From Candidatus Poribacteria bacterium (GTDB lineage Bacteria; Poribacteria; WGA-4E; WGA-3G), in contig OZ243938.1 in the NCBI GenBank assembly GCA_965214095.1, positions 4,800,001-4,864,000 of the forward strand: a stretch of 64,000 nucleotides of DNA, given 5' to 3'. The notes beneath the pieces were generated by a model that was given only the letters and a program-made list of their open reading frames with translations, was not told where the DNA came from and made no database searches. Each line of letters begins with the position of its first letter. The first letter of the stretch is position 1. Of this stretch, positions 1 through 8,987 are shown in pieces. The position numbers and the translations under genes are program-made.

Positions 1-76
1 TTTCTTATACATCCATAGCATCAATTTACATTGAATATTACACATAGATTTGCTATCATGATGGATATAATAAAAA

Positions 77-793
77 GTGAAGGCATTAAAGATGAACGCA
101 GATGTATCAACCATAGATACCATATTATCTCATATCCGTGAATATCTACTTCCACAGGTGGCAAATCCATCAGAATTTCAGACTGCTGTTGACTTGCAGA
201 GATTCCGCAGTCGTTTGCACAGTGTCCACAATTTCTGTTTACGCGGGCAGATGCCTGATGAAATAAATTCACAAGTTGAAATACTACTTTCAACGAGCGC
301 GAGTTTTTGGAACCTTATCAGTGAAAATGAATTTTTGATGACAAATTTGAAAGATTTTACACGTGTTCGTACTTTCTCCGCTGAAGCAGAAGGTATCACA
401 AATATTGAGGAATTGCTTTCAGGTGAAGATTCATTACGTGATGTTTTAATCAATAGTGTAGCATTCATGTTGAATTGGAAAGCGAATACTATCTGGGTCG
501 ATTCTGCTAAGAAGGCACGTACTGCTATGACGAAAAACTATATGCTTGAAATACAAGACAGGATATGGCAGTACATAAAAGAAAGTAATAAGCAAGCAGA
601 ACCGATTGATCTGGAACAGTCGGAAGAAATCCGAGATCGTGCAGAGAAATTTATGCAACTAATACAAGTCAGTGATCTAACGACAGATGCACAGGTAACG
701 TTGCTACTCCAAATATACACTATGTTACTCAGATTCCAGCTTGGACAACTTATACTCCAATTAGAAAACCTCCATGAAAATGACACCGAATAA
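77..793 (+). CDS. hypothetical helical protein
   Basis: 238-aa ORF co-oriented with and 15 nt before mazG; no motif recognised; start uncertain (GTG 77 or ATG 92). Confidence 0.7.
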   Translation: MKALKMNADVSTIDTILSHIREYLLPQVANPSEFQTAVDLQRFRSRLHSVHNFCLRGQMPDEINSQVEILLSTSASFWNLISENEFLMTNLKDFTRVRTFSAEAEGITNIEELLSGEDSLRDVLINSVAFMLNWKANTIWVDSAKKARTAMTKNYMLEIQDRIWQYIKESNKQAEPIDLEQSEEIRDRAEKFMQLIQVSDLTTDAQVTLLLQIYTMLLRFQLGQLILQLENLHENDTE

Positions 794-808
794 AGGAATA
801 GTAACTTT

Positions 809-1588
809 ATGAATGATGATTTATTTGAATCTCTCGTTGAAGTAATAGCGACATTACGAAGCGAAAACGGATGTCCTTGGGATCGAGAACAGACGCATAA
901 ATCACTGAAATCAACACTTATAGAGGAAACCTACGAAACAGTTGAAGCCATAGATTCAGAGGATCCGTCAAAACTGAGAGAGGAATTGGGAGACCTTTTA
1001 CTGAATGTAATGCTTCAAGCACAGATTGCTGCTGAAAACCAAGATTTTACAATATATGATGTGATTGAAACTTTGACTGAGAAATTAATTCGTAGACACC
1101 CACATGTATTTGGTAATGTTCAAGTTGATAATGCTGAAGATGTTGTGAATAATTGGGAGAAAATAAAGAGTCAAGAAGCAGGATATGAAGATAGAAAATC
1201 AGTACTTGACGGTATTCCAAACGCTTTGCCAGCCCTGTTAAGAGGACAGAAAATACAAAAACGTGTAGCGCGGGTTGGATTTGATTGGGATAACATCACT
1301 GATGTCGTTGACAAAGTAGATGAAGAATTAGACGAAGTGAAGGAGAGTCTGAAAGATAGTGATATTAATGCAATAGAGAATGAGATCGGCGATTTGTTTT
1401 TTTCTATAGTGAATTTGTGTCGTTTTTTGGATTTGCAAGCAGAAGAAACATTGCGAAGAACTAATCGTAAATTTATCAATCGTTTCAAAAGAATGGAAGA
1501 TGTATTAGAGAACCAAGGAAAAAGTATATCTGATCAAACACTTACCGAACTTGATGCAATTTGGGAAGAAGTGAAAAAGGATGAGTAA
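809..1588 (+). CDS. mazG: nucleoside triphosphate pyrophosphohydrolase MazG
   Basis: GCPWDREQT, EETYE, EELGDLL, KLIRRHPHVF motifs and a second MazG domain (EIGDLFF). Confidence 0.95.
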   Translation: MNDDLFESLVEVIATLRSENGCPWDREQTHKSLKSTLIEETYETVEAIDSEDPSKLREELGDLLLNVMLQAQIAAENQDFTIYDVIETLTEKLIRRHPHVFGNVQVDNAEDVVNNWEKIKSQEAGYEDRKSVLDGIPNALPALLRGQKIQKRVARVGFDWDNITDVVDKVDEELDEVKESLKDSDINAIENEIGDLFFSIVNLCRFLDLQAEETLRRTNRKFINRFKRMEDVLENQGKSISDQTLTELDAIWEEVKKDE

Positions 1589-2328
1589 TGCAATGCCTTG
1601 ACAAGTTTCACAACTATCCTGATTTTGAAGAATACTCACATCTTATCAATGAATTAAACACAAATGCCGCTCCTGAAATAGTGATTGTACATCGGTCTGC
1701 ATATCCGATAAGTGAAACCGGTGAAAAGTTAGGAATTTTCTCTGGTTCATTTAATCCTATCACTATTGCACATATCAAAATGTTTGAAGAAGCACAAGTG
1801 CGTTTCCAACTGGATGAAATGCTGCTTCTACTTGCAAAAGCAAATGTTGATAAAGATGAATGTGGGATGCCGTTAGCAGGACGAATTCTTACGTTGAAAG
1901 GTTTTGCTGAGGAAGGGAACAATGTGTCAATCGGTATCTCCAGTCATGGTCGTTATATAGATAAGATAAGTGCATTGAAAGCAGTATATCCTGAAAATAC
2001 AGAATATCACTTCATAGTTGGATATGATACATTAGTGAGAATATTTGATCCGAAGTATTATACAGAAATAAATAATGAACTAAGAGATTTATTTTCGCAA
2101 TGTAGATTTATAGTAGCAAATCGTGAGAACGTAAATACTGAAACAATAAAAGAGTTTCTTGACACCCCAATGGTTCAACCCTATAGTTCATATATATCGT
2201 GTCTGAAACTTCCCGACTTTTATGCTGATGTTTCTTCTACAAAAGTTCGTAAACGTTTAGATCAAGGTGAATCTATCTCACATTTAGTACCCGCAGTTGT
2301 AGAAGACATTTTAGTTTCGTTATCTTAG
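1588..2328 (+). CDS. nucleotidyltransferase, NadD/NMNAT-like
   Basis: GSFNPITIAH (HxGH-type motif), VGYDTLVRI, VSSTKVR; start overlaps the mazG stop (TAATG). Confidence 0.8.
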   Translation: MQCLDKFHNYPDFEEYSHLINELNTNAAPEIVIVHRSAYPISETGEKLGIFSGSFNPITIAHIKMFEEAQVRFQLDEMLLLLAKANVDKDECGMPLAGRILTLKGFAEEGNNVSIGISSHGRYIDKISALKAVYPENTEYHFIVGYDTLVRIFDPKYYTEINNELRDLFSQCRFIVANRENVNTETIKEFLDTPMVQPYSSYISCLKLPDFYADVSSTKVRKRLDQGESISHLVPAVVEDILVSLS

Positions 2329-3189
2329 TTACTGTTTATTCGTATATATTGGGTTTTCAAGGATAGATTGAACTTCATAGATTGAACCTTTTTTGTCAGA
2401 ATAAGGTTCTGGCATTCGGACAGGAGTTGATACGATTCTGGGTTGGTTTGTTGGTTCACCTTGAATAATGAAGTCGTTGAAAGTCTCCCAATCAGGAATG
2501 CCTTTGAGGGGCCAAGCATCTACAGCACAGTATTGGAACAACAACAAACGACGTGACTTCTCCGATGTATTTGGTGCAGACCCGTGCAATGTCCTAACGT
2601 GGTGTATTGTAATGCCACCAGCCGTTATTTCAATAGGCACAGCACCTTCTGGTTTGAAATTTGGATCAGTAACAGCACCAACAAACGCACCGTTCTGATG
2701 ATGATCTAAAGTAGGACCTTTGTGTGAACTTGGGATCACCATCAATGCGCCATTCTCAACAGTCATATCGTCAATTACTACACCAACTGCAAGCAGATCA
2801 TCGTTTGTATGCGGGTAAAACGCCCAATCTTGATGCCATTCAACAGGACTGCCATATTCGGGATACTTCATGTTTAGTTTATGTCCATTATACCGAAGAT
2901 CTGGTCCGATGAGTTGTGATACAATTTCAAGGATATTCTGGTGTCTTAAGGTTTGGTCGTAGACTGAATGGTATAGACATGGATTTTTGATACGTCGTAC
3001 ACGCGGGTTGGCAGGAGTATGTCCTGGTTCTAAATCAAAAACGTCGTTATGCTCAGTAACCTCTCTGGATTTTTCAACAAATTCATCAGTAACACGGCGA
3101 AGTGCTAACACCTCCTCCCCTGATAGAACTGAAGCGACAGCAATATAACCGTTTTTCTGATAAGAATCAATCTGTTCCTGTGTTAGCAT
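2329..3189 (-). CDS. phytanoyl-CoA dioxygenase (PhyH) family protein
   Basis: WHQD, ENGALMVIPSSHK and HGSAPNTS motifs of Fe/2OG PhyH enzymes. Confidence 0.9.
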   Translation of the reverse strand: MLTQEQIDSYQKNGYIAVASVLSGEEVLALRRVTDEFVEKSREVTEHNDVFDLEPGHTPANPRVRRIKNPCLYHSVYDQTLRHQNILEIVSQLIGPDLRYNGHKLNMKYPEYGSPVEWHQDWAFYPHTNDDLLAVGVVIDDMTVENGALMVIPSSHKGPTLDHHQNGAFVGAVTDPNFKPEGAVPIEITAGGITIHHVRTLHGSAPNTSEKSRRLLLFQYCAVDAWPLKGIPDWETFNDFIIQGEPTNQPRIVSTPVRMPEPYSDKKGSIYEVQSILENPIYTNKQ

Positions 3190-3264
3190 TCAAAATGCTC
3201 CTATATTCAATGAAACTATCCCATTCCCATTCAATTGTATCTCGTTCCTACATATATAAAACAA

Positions 3265-4209
3265 TCAAGATTCTTCCTGATTATTTAGTATATTCTTAAA
3301 TTCCTGAAGGTTTTCTATCCTCTGAACTGTTTTAAATAAATGCTTAAGCTGGTCTAAATCATCAATTTCATCAAGAAACGGTTTTAATTCTTGAACATTG
3401 TCATCTTGAAAACGATCAGCAAGTGATTCAAGAATAAGATCAATTACAACTAATATTTGTCCGCGTTCCATACCGCGTTCCATACCGCGTTCCATACCGC
3501 GCATTATTCCTTGTTCTAAACCACGTTCTTTTGCTTCCTGAATATATTCTTGAATTAAAGGAAAATCCAACCAAAAACTATCAGGGAAAGACTGTTTTAA
3601 ATTTTCCATATCATACACTAAACTACTAAATATGCCCATTGATGCAAACATAATACTCTTGATGTCCGTATCTACACCTGCATTAATCGTTGCATCTACA
3701 CATTCGTCCAACCATTGCGTTGGATTCATCCCTTGAGACGGTTTCATCAAAGGTGTAAGTGGGAGCAAACTTGGTATTTGAGCCTCCAATATTTGTTGTC
3801 CATCAATTTCATTCAACCTTATGACTTTATATTTTATTTTGTATTCACATCCATTACCATTATACTCATAGTATCCAGGATCATTTCTACCTGCCCGTGG
3901 ATGTAAGTAAAGGACACTTGTGTACACATTCAATTGATATTCTCTGATAAGAAAACCGTTATATCCAGCAATGCGGTAATGCATTGGTTCTTGGCTGTCG
4001 TGTGTCTGAAACTCATTATGGAGAATAGCAACTTCATCAGGAAATTGAACTCTTAAAGTACTATCCGTTACAGATGACTTCAGTGTAATTTGTTCAGTCG
4101 TCAGGTTTTCCAACACGGTTACATTTTGATAACCGAGAATCAATTCAGTAAAAGGTTTAGGATTATCTGTAGTTATAAATTTTGTTATATTATCGTAGTC
4201 TTGTCTCAT
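3265..4209 (-). CDS. Rpn/YhgA-like PD-(D/E)XK nuclease (putative transposase family)
   Basis: N-terminal YDNITK, D..L....AILHNEFQT nuclease-like core, LLPLTPLM, C-terminal ERG/EQG/GMER repeats and small helical domain. Confidence 0.8.
   Translation of the reverse strand: MRQDYDNITKFITTDNPKPFTELILGYQNVTVLENLTTEQITLKSSVTDSTLRVQFPDEVAILHNEFQTHDSQEPMHYRIAGYNGFLIREYQLNVYTSVLYLHPRAGRNDPGYYEYNGNGCEYKIKYKVIRLNEIDGQQILEAQIPSLLPLTPLMKPSQGMNPTQWLDECVDATINAGVDTDIKSIMFASMGIFSSLVYDMENLKQSFPDSFWLDFPLIQEYIQEAKERGLEQGIMRGMERGMERGMERGQILVVIDLILESLADRFQDDNVQELKPFLDEIDDLDQLKHLFKTVQRIENLQEFKNILNNQEES
3461..3501. repeat. 12-bp tandem repeat (ccgcgttccata x3 plus partial) encoding GMER repeats
   Basis: directly visible units at 3461, 3473, 3485 and a partial at 3497. 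Confidence 0.95.
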
Positions 4210-4216
4210 TACATAA

Positions 4217-4246
4217 AGTATACTGAAAAATTGAGGATTTTGTCAA
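4217..4246 (-). promoter_or_regulatory. sigma-70-type promoter of the Rpn-like gene (probably leaderless mRNA)
   Basis: minus strand TTGACA-N18-TATACT, then 7 nt to the ATG; no Shine-Dalgarno sequence. Confidence 0.7.
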
Positions 4247-4252
4247 GCAATT

Positions 4253-5356
4253 TTATTTGAAATTGTTTAGCAGTCTCAAATAAATCGTTTGCATTTTTTG
4301 GCTTTGTAAATCTATATTAAAACTCTCCTCTGCATGTTTTCTCCCCGCATTTCCCATTTTGTTGCAGAGTTCACGGTTATTAACAAATTGAACAATCTTA
4401 TTTGATATTGAGTCAATTGAGTCTAACGTCTCAACCCATCCTGTCACACCATCAACAATCATATCTGATGTACTACCGATTTGTGTCCCAATGACAGGTA
4501 ATCCCGATGCCATAGCCTCAGCAATGACACTGCCGGCTGATAAGGTTACTAATATATCCATCTCATGCAATGCACTTTGCATGTTGTTTTGATGTCCGGT
4601 AAACTGTATCACATTATCCAGATTGTATTTTCCGACCAATTCTCTCACTTCACGTTCATAAGCCTTATGTTTCGGAGTATCAAGTGATGACCCGATGATT
4701 TGAAATCTGACATTCTGACACTGGTTATATACCCTTGATGCTATCTCAACAAATTCTTTCTGTCGTTTGAATGGTTCAATTCGTCCCACCAATCCTACAA
4801 CAAAAAGATCAGACTGATTTTTCTCTGATATCTGTTTTGGTTGAAATTCTGACAAGTCAACACAGTTTAGAATAACATCTATTTTATTCGATGCGATACC
4901 GTGATCCAATAGAAATTCTTTGTACTGACTGGAAATAACAATAACTTGATCCATACGATCAAAGTCGTACTTAGCAATCTGTGTAGGATTGAGTATATTC
5001 CTTACATGTGAGATAACTGGAATGTTCAGACTTTTTCTCAATTGCCGAAGGTATGGATTGAACCATGAATCTGAAGTATGCACTACTTGGATATTGTAAT
5101 GTTTAGCAAAATCTATTAATTTTGAAGAAGATATATATCGGGATAGAATAGATTTAGTTTTTCGCCAATGTGGAATCTTAATAATTGTGGTATGAATATT
5201 GGCATTTCTCAACTGTTGTGCGAAAATACCATCATCAGGACAAATTACATAAGGATGGAATAATGTCTTGTCCAAATGCGTTACAAGGTAATAGAGTTGT
5301 TTTTCGCCCCCACCGATATTTGATCCACAATGACTAAGATAAAGTATAGGAATCAT
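4253..5356 (-). CDS. glycosyltransferase family 4 (GT-B fold)
   Basis: GGGEK N-terminal motif, VGRIEPFKRQ, EAMASGLPVIGT. Confidence 0.9.
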   Translation of the reverse strand: MIPILYLSHCGSNIGGGEKQLYYLVTHLDKTLFHPYVICPDDGIFAQQLRNANIHTTIIKIPHWRKTKSILSRYISSSKLIDFAKHYNIQVVHTSDSWFNPYLRQLRKSLNIPVISHVRNILNPTQIAKYDFDRMDQVIVISSQYKEFLLDHGIASNKIDVILNCVDLSEFQPKQISEKNQSDLFVVGLVGRIEPFKRQKEFVEIASRVYNQCQNVRFQIIGSSLDTPKHKAYEREVRELVGKYNLDNVIQFTGHQNNMQSALHEMDILVTLSAGSVIAEAMASGLPVIGTQIGSTSDMIVDGVTGWVETLDSIDSISNKIVQFVNNRELCNKMGNAGRKHAEESFNIDLQSQKMQTIYLRLLNNFK

Positions 5357-5384
5357 TTATTGTTCAGCAAGAGCGAAAACATAG

Positions 5385-6377
5385 TTACACTGCAAAATCC
5401 AGATGTTTATCACGAAAAACTTGACTCACAGACCTTTGTTGATGGACTCTTAATATAGCTTCAGCGAGCAGTGGAGCAATGGAAAGCACTTTTATTTTTC
5501 CATCAAGTTGCTTTTCAACTGGAATCGGGATTGTATCTGTTGTAACAACTTCACGAATTGATGGATGCTTCAGTCTTTCTAATGCAGGACCTACGAGAAC
5601 AGCATGTGCTATGCTCACATAGGCAGGTTCTGCACCTGCTTCAGCCAAGGCTTGTGCTTGCTGATAAATACTGCCACCCGTAGCAATTTCATCGTCAATA
5701 ATAATCGGAGTCTTGCCTTTTACATCCCCGACCAACTCAACGAATTCCACATCTTGACCATCTGCACCATTCCGTCTTTTGTGCATAATAGCTAAAGGTA
5801 GACGTAGAATTTTGGCATATTTTTCAGCGAGCTTAGCACGTCCTACATCAGGTGCAACAATGACACCGTTTTCAATATCCTTTCCACGAAAATAGTCTGC
5901 TAATGTGGTGAGTGCAGTGAGATGATCCATTGGAATATCAAAAAACCCTTGAATTTGTGGGACGTGTAGATCGATAGCAATAACACGACTCGCTCCTGCA
6001 GTAGTCAATAGATTAGCAACGAGTTTTGCACTTATAGGTTCTCTACCAGTGGTTTTGTGATCTTGTCGTGCATAGCCAAAATATGGGATAATCGCCGTGA
6101 TCTGTCGTGCAGATGCACGTTTCATAGCATCAATTGTTATAAGGAGTTCCATCAGATTTTCGTTGGCAGGTTCTGACGTTGGTTGTACGATGTAGATATC
6201 GGTTCCCCGTATACTTTCTTCAATCTGTACACGTGTTTCACTATTTGGAAACGGACCGACAGTTATTTTTCCCAGTTCGACACCTAATTTCGCAGCAATT
6301 TCTTTTGCTAAAACGGGGTTTGCGCGACCCGCAAATAGCCTGAAATCACTACGAACTTGTTCTATCAAATTGGACAT
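5385..6377 (-). CDS. prs: ribose-phosphate pyrophosphokinase
   Basis: PYFGYARQD, DLHVPQIQGFF, VAPDVG, IIDDEIATGGS. Confidence 0.96.
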   Translation of the reverse strand: MSNLIEQVRSDFRLFAGRANPVLAKEIAAKLGVELGKITVGPFPNSETRVQIEESIRGTDIYIVQPTSEPANENLMELLITIDAMKRASARQITAIIPYFGYARQDHKTTGREPISAKLVANLLTTAGASRVIAIDLHVPQIQGFFDIPMDHLTALTTLADYFRGKDIENGVIVAPDVGRAKLAEKYAKILRLPLAIMHKRRNGADGQDVEFVELVGDVKGKTPIIIDDEIATGGSIYQQAQALAEAGAEPAYVSIAHAVLVGPALERLKHPSIREVVTTDTIPIPVEKQLDGKIKVLSIAPLLAEAILRVHQQRSVSQVFRDKHLDFAV

Positions 6378-6434
6378 TCCAAAATCTCCTTAGTAATTAT
6401 AGAGACAATTTATTTGGGTATAGTTTGAACTCAT

Positions 6435-8054
6435 TCAAGTTAGGGATTCGCCTGTCATCTCAGAAGGTTGTGGTAGACCGAGAAGTTGTAGTGCTGTCGG
6501 GGCAATATCTGCCAATCTACCACCAGTTCGGAGTTGATGCTCTTTATATTTATCATTCACAACAATTAGATCAACATCATAAGTTGTGTGTGCTGTATGA
6601 ATGCCACCTGTATCCGGATCAATCATCTGCTCACAGTTGCCGTGGTCTGCAGTGACAATAAGTGATCCACCTTTTTCCAAAACTGCATTTACAATTTTTC
6701 CGACACCTTCATCCACGGCCTCAACTGCCTCAATTGCAGCCGAAAGTGAACCTGTATGTCCTACCATATCACCATTTGCATAGTTCAGAATCATCAGGTC
6801 ATATTTATCCATGGCTATTCTACGCAACATCTCATCAGTGACCCCTGGAGCTGACATTTCAGGCTTTTGGTCATAAGTAGTAACGTCGCGCGGTGAAGCG
6901 ATAATTTGACGTTCTTCTCCTATATATGGTTCATCTCGGTAATCATTGAAAAAGAATGTTACATGTGGGAACTTTTCTGTTTCTGCACAACGGAATTGCG
7001 TTAATCCATTATCACTGATATAAGCACCAAGTGTATTAGACATCTTCGGTGGTTTTATAACCGCCGCTTCAACGGGTAATCCCTGTTCATATTCAGTCAT
7101 TGTTATAAATTTAACGCTCGTTTTCGAATTCCGTTTAAAACCCATTTCGCGCTTTACACCGTCTTTTCCTTCAGCATGGTATGGGAAAGAATCTAAACAG
7201 AATGCTTTTGTAAGTTCACGGGGACGATCACCTCTAAAATTATAAAAAATAACAGCATCCCCATCAGAAATACGGGGAAGTGGTTTACCATTACTATCAA
7301 GAACTACAGAGGGGCTGATAAATTCATCACCTTTGCGATTTGCATCGTCAGGGTTTTTGTAGTAATCACTATACGCTTGTGTCGCTGTGGTTACATGTGA
7401 GCCAACACCTTCGGTTAACAGACGGTATGCAACTTCAACACGATCCCATCTGTCATCTCTGTCCATTGCATAGAAACGACCGATAACAGAGGCAATTTGT
7501 CCAATACCTATTTGTTTAGTTTTCGCTTCAATTTGTTCACAAAACTTAATGCCGAGATCAGGTTGACAATCGCGACCATCACTGAAATTGTGTAGTAAAA
7601 CTTGATTGGATTCTAACCCGTTGTTCTTGGCAAGCGAGAGTAATCCATAGAGATGTTCAAGGGAACTGTGAACACCAGCATCACTCGCCAAACCCATGAG
7701 ATGTAGATTAGTATTATTATTCTTGACATGTGCGATTGCATTTAAAAACACTTCGTTCCGCGTGAACTCACCGGAACGAATCATTGTGCTGATGCGTAGG
7801 AGTTCTTGATTGACAATCCGTCCTGCACCGATATTTTGATGTCCAACTTCACTGTTGCCGATAACTCCAGCGGGTAGTCCCACATCTTCACCTGAAGTGT
7901 GGATAAGGACATTTGGATAGTTCTGCCTTAACCAGTCATCTACAGGAGTTTTTGCAAGGTGAACAGCGTTTGATTCCTGATATTCAGGATAAGGATTCTT
8001 GCCCCATCCATCTCGTATGATGAGTACGACGGGGCGTTTCTGGTGGGTTGCCAT
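6435..8054 (-). CDS. gpmI: 2,3-bisphosphoglycerate-independent phosphoglycerate mutase
   Basis: IRDGWG, GNSEVGH, GRFYAMDRD, AETEKFPHVTFFF, DMVGHTG, TADHGN; start placed at ATG 8054 behind AAGGA. Confidence 0.95.
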   Translation of the reverse strand: MATHQKRPVVLIIRDGWGKNPYPEYQESNAVHLAKTPVDDWLRQNYPNVLIHTSGEDVGLPAGVIGNSEVGHQNIGAGRIVNQELLRISTMIRSGEFTRNEVFLNAIAHVKNNNTNLHLMGLASDAGVHSSLEHLYGLLSLAKNNGLESNQVLLHNFSDGRDCQPDLGIKFCEQIEAKTKQIGIGQIASVIGRFYAMDRDDRWDRVEVAYRLLTEGVGSHVTTATQAYSDYYKNPDDANRKGDEFISPSVVLDSNGKPLPRISDGDAVIFYNFRGDRPRELTKAFCLDSFPYHAEGKDGVKREMGFKRNSKTSVKFITMTEYEQGLPVEAAVIKPPKMSNTLGAYISDNGLTQFRCAETEKFPHVTFFFNDYRDEPYIGEERQIIASPRDVTTYDQKPEMSAPGVTDEMLRRIAMDKYDLMILNYANGDMVGHTGSLSAAIEAVEAVDEGVGKIVNAVLEKGGSLIVTADHGNCEQMIDPDTGGIHTAHTTYDVDLIVVNDKYKEHQLRTGGRLADIAPTALQLLGLPQPSEMTGESLT

Positions 8055-8065
8055 ACAGTTTCCTT

Positions 8066-8812
8066 TTATTTTTCTTTTATATCCGCCCAAGTTGTAGTAA
8101 GTTTTCCTTGCGGTTCTACATCTGCTGGTGTGTCCATGACGTTTTGGATATCCGCTTCTGTTAGGACCTTGTCATAAAGACGCACCTCATCAATTTTACC
8201 TGGAAAATGATCCGTTGGTCTGCCAAAATCGTCACCACCAATCCAAAGTTCTAAGTCTGATGGTGTAATTGGAATGTTATTCGCACCTTCTCCTTCAAGT
8301 ATACCGTTTATATAGACCTTTAGTGTTTTTCCATCAAACGTCCCTGCAAAGTGATACCATTCACCAATCTTCCAATCTGTTGTTTTGGATTCAGCAAAGT
8401 TGTTATCTGGTTTCACAAGGAAATCAATACTATCCTTAGAAGCACCGAAGTCGAAAATAACGAAGATAGAATCGTTTTTAACCATCAACCTCCTACTTGT
8501 CAGTGCTTCATTAGGACTAAACCATGCCATTAGTGTGATTTTATCAGTTAGGTCTAATGCGTCGTCATCATCCACAACAACATGATCGTCAGCACCATCG
8601 AATTCAAGGGCAGTACCAAACTTTCCTGCGACCCATTTCGGATCTCCAGCAAATTCTCCATCATGTCCATTGCCAGTTATATCTGCGGCAGTTTTTCCAT
8701 TCCCTTCATCAAAGGACCAATAGCCGACAAGTCCATCATCAGCAGGATTAGCAAGACATATACTCGGGACAACAAACGAGCATATAAATAACACCAAGAA
8801 AACTTTAGACAT
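8066..8812 (-). CDS. secreted LamG/concanavalin-like jellyroll protein
   Basis: signal peptide, LVGYWSFDEG, GKFGTALEFDG, WYHFAGTFDG, IDEVRLYD; C-terminal VEPQGKLTTTWADIK. Confidence 0.9.
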   Translation of the reverse strand: MSKVFLVLFICSFVVPSICLANPADDGLVGYWSFDEGNGKTAADITGNGHDGEFAGDPKWVAGKFGTALEFDGADDHVVVDDDDALDLTDKITLMAWFSPNEALTSRRLMVKNDSIFVIFDFGASKDSIDFLVKPDNNFAESKTTDWKIGEWYHFAGTFDGKTLKVYINGILEGEGANNIPITPSDLELWIGGDDFGRPTDHFPGKIDEVRLYDKVLTEADIQNVMDTPADVEPQGKLTTTWADIKEK

Positions 8813-8987
8813 TGTAATTTCTCCTTTATGATAGTAAAGTATGATATGTTTTTGAGCATATTAATATTATACCATGTTTTGTGAGAAGGATGGGAATTAA
8901 AATATAAGCAGTGTGTGAAGTTTTGTCAGGTATGTCCGACTATGTTAACCGAACATGGTACACGCTGAGTTGAGATTTATGTGGTAA

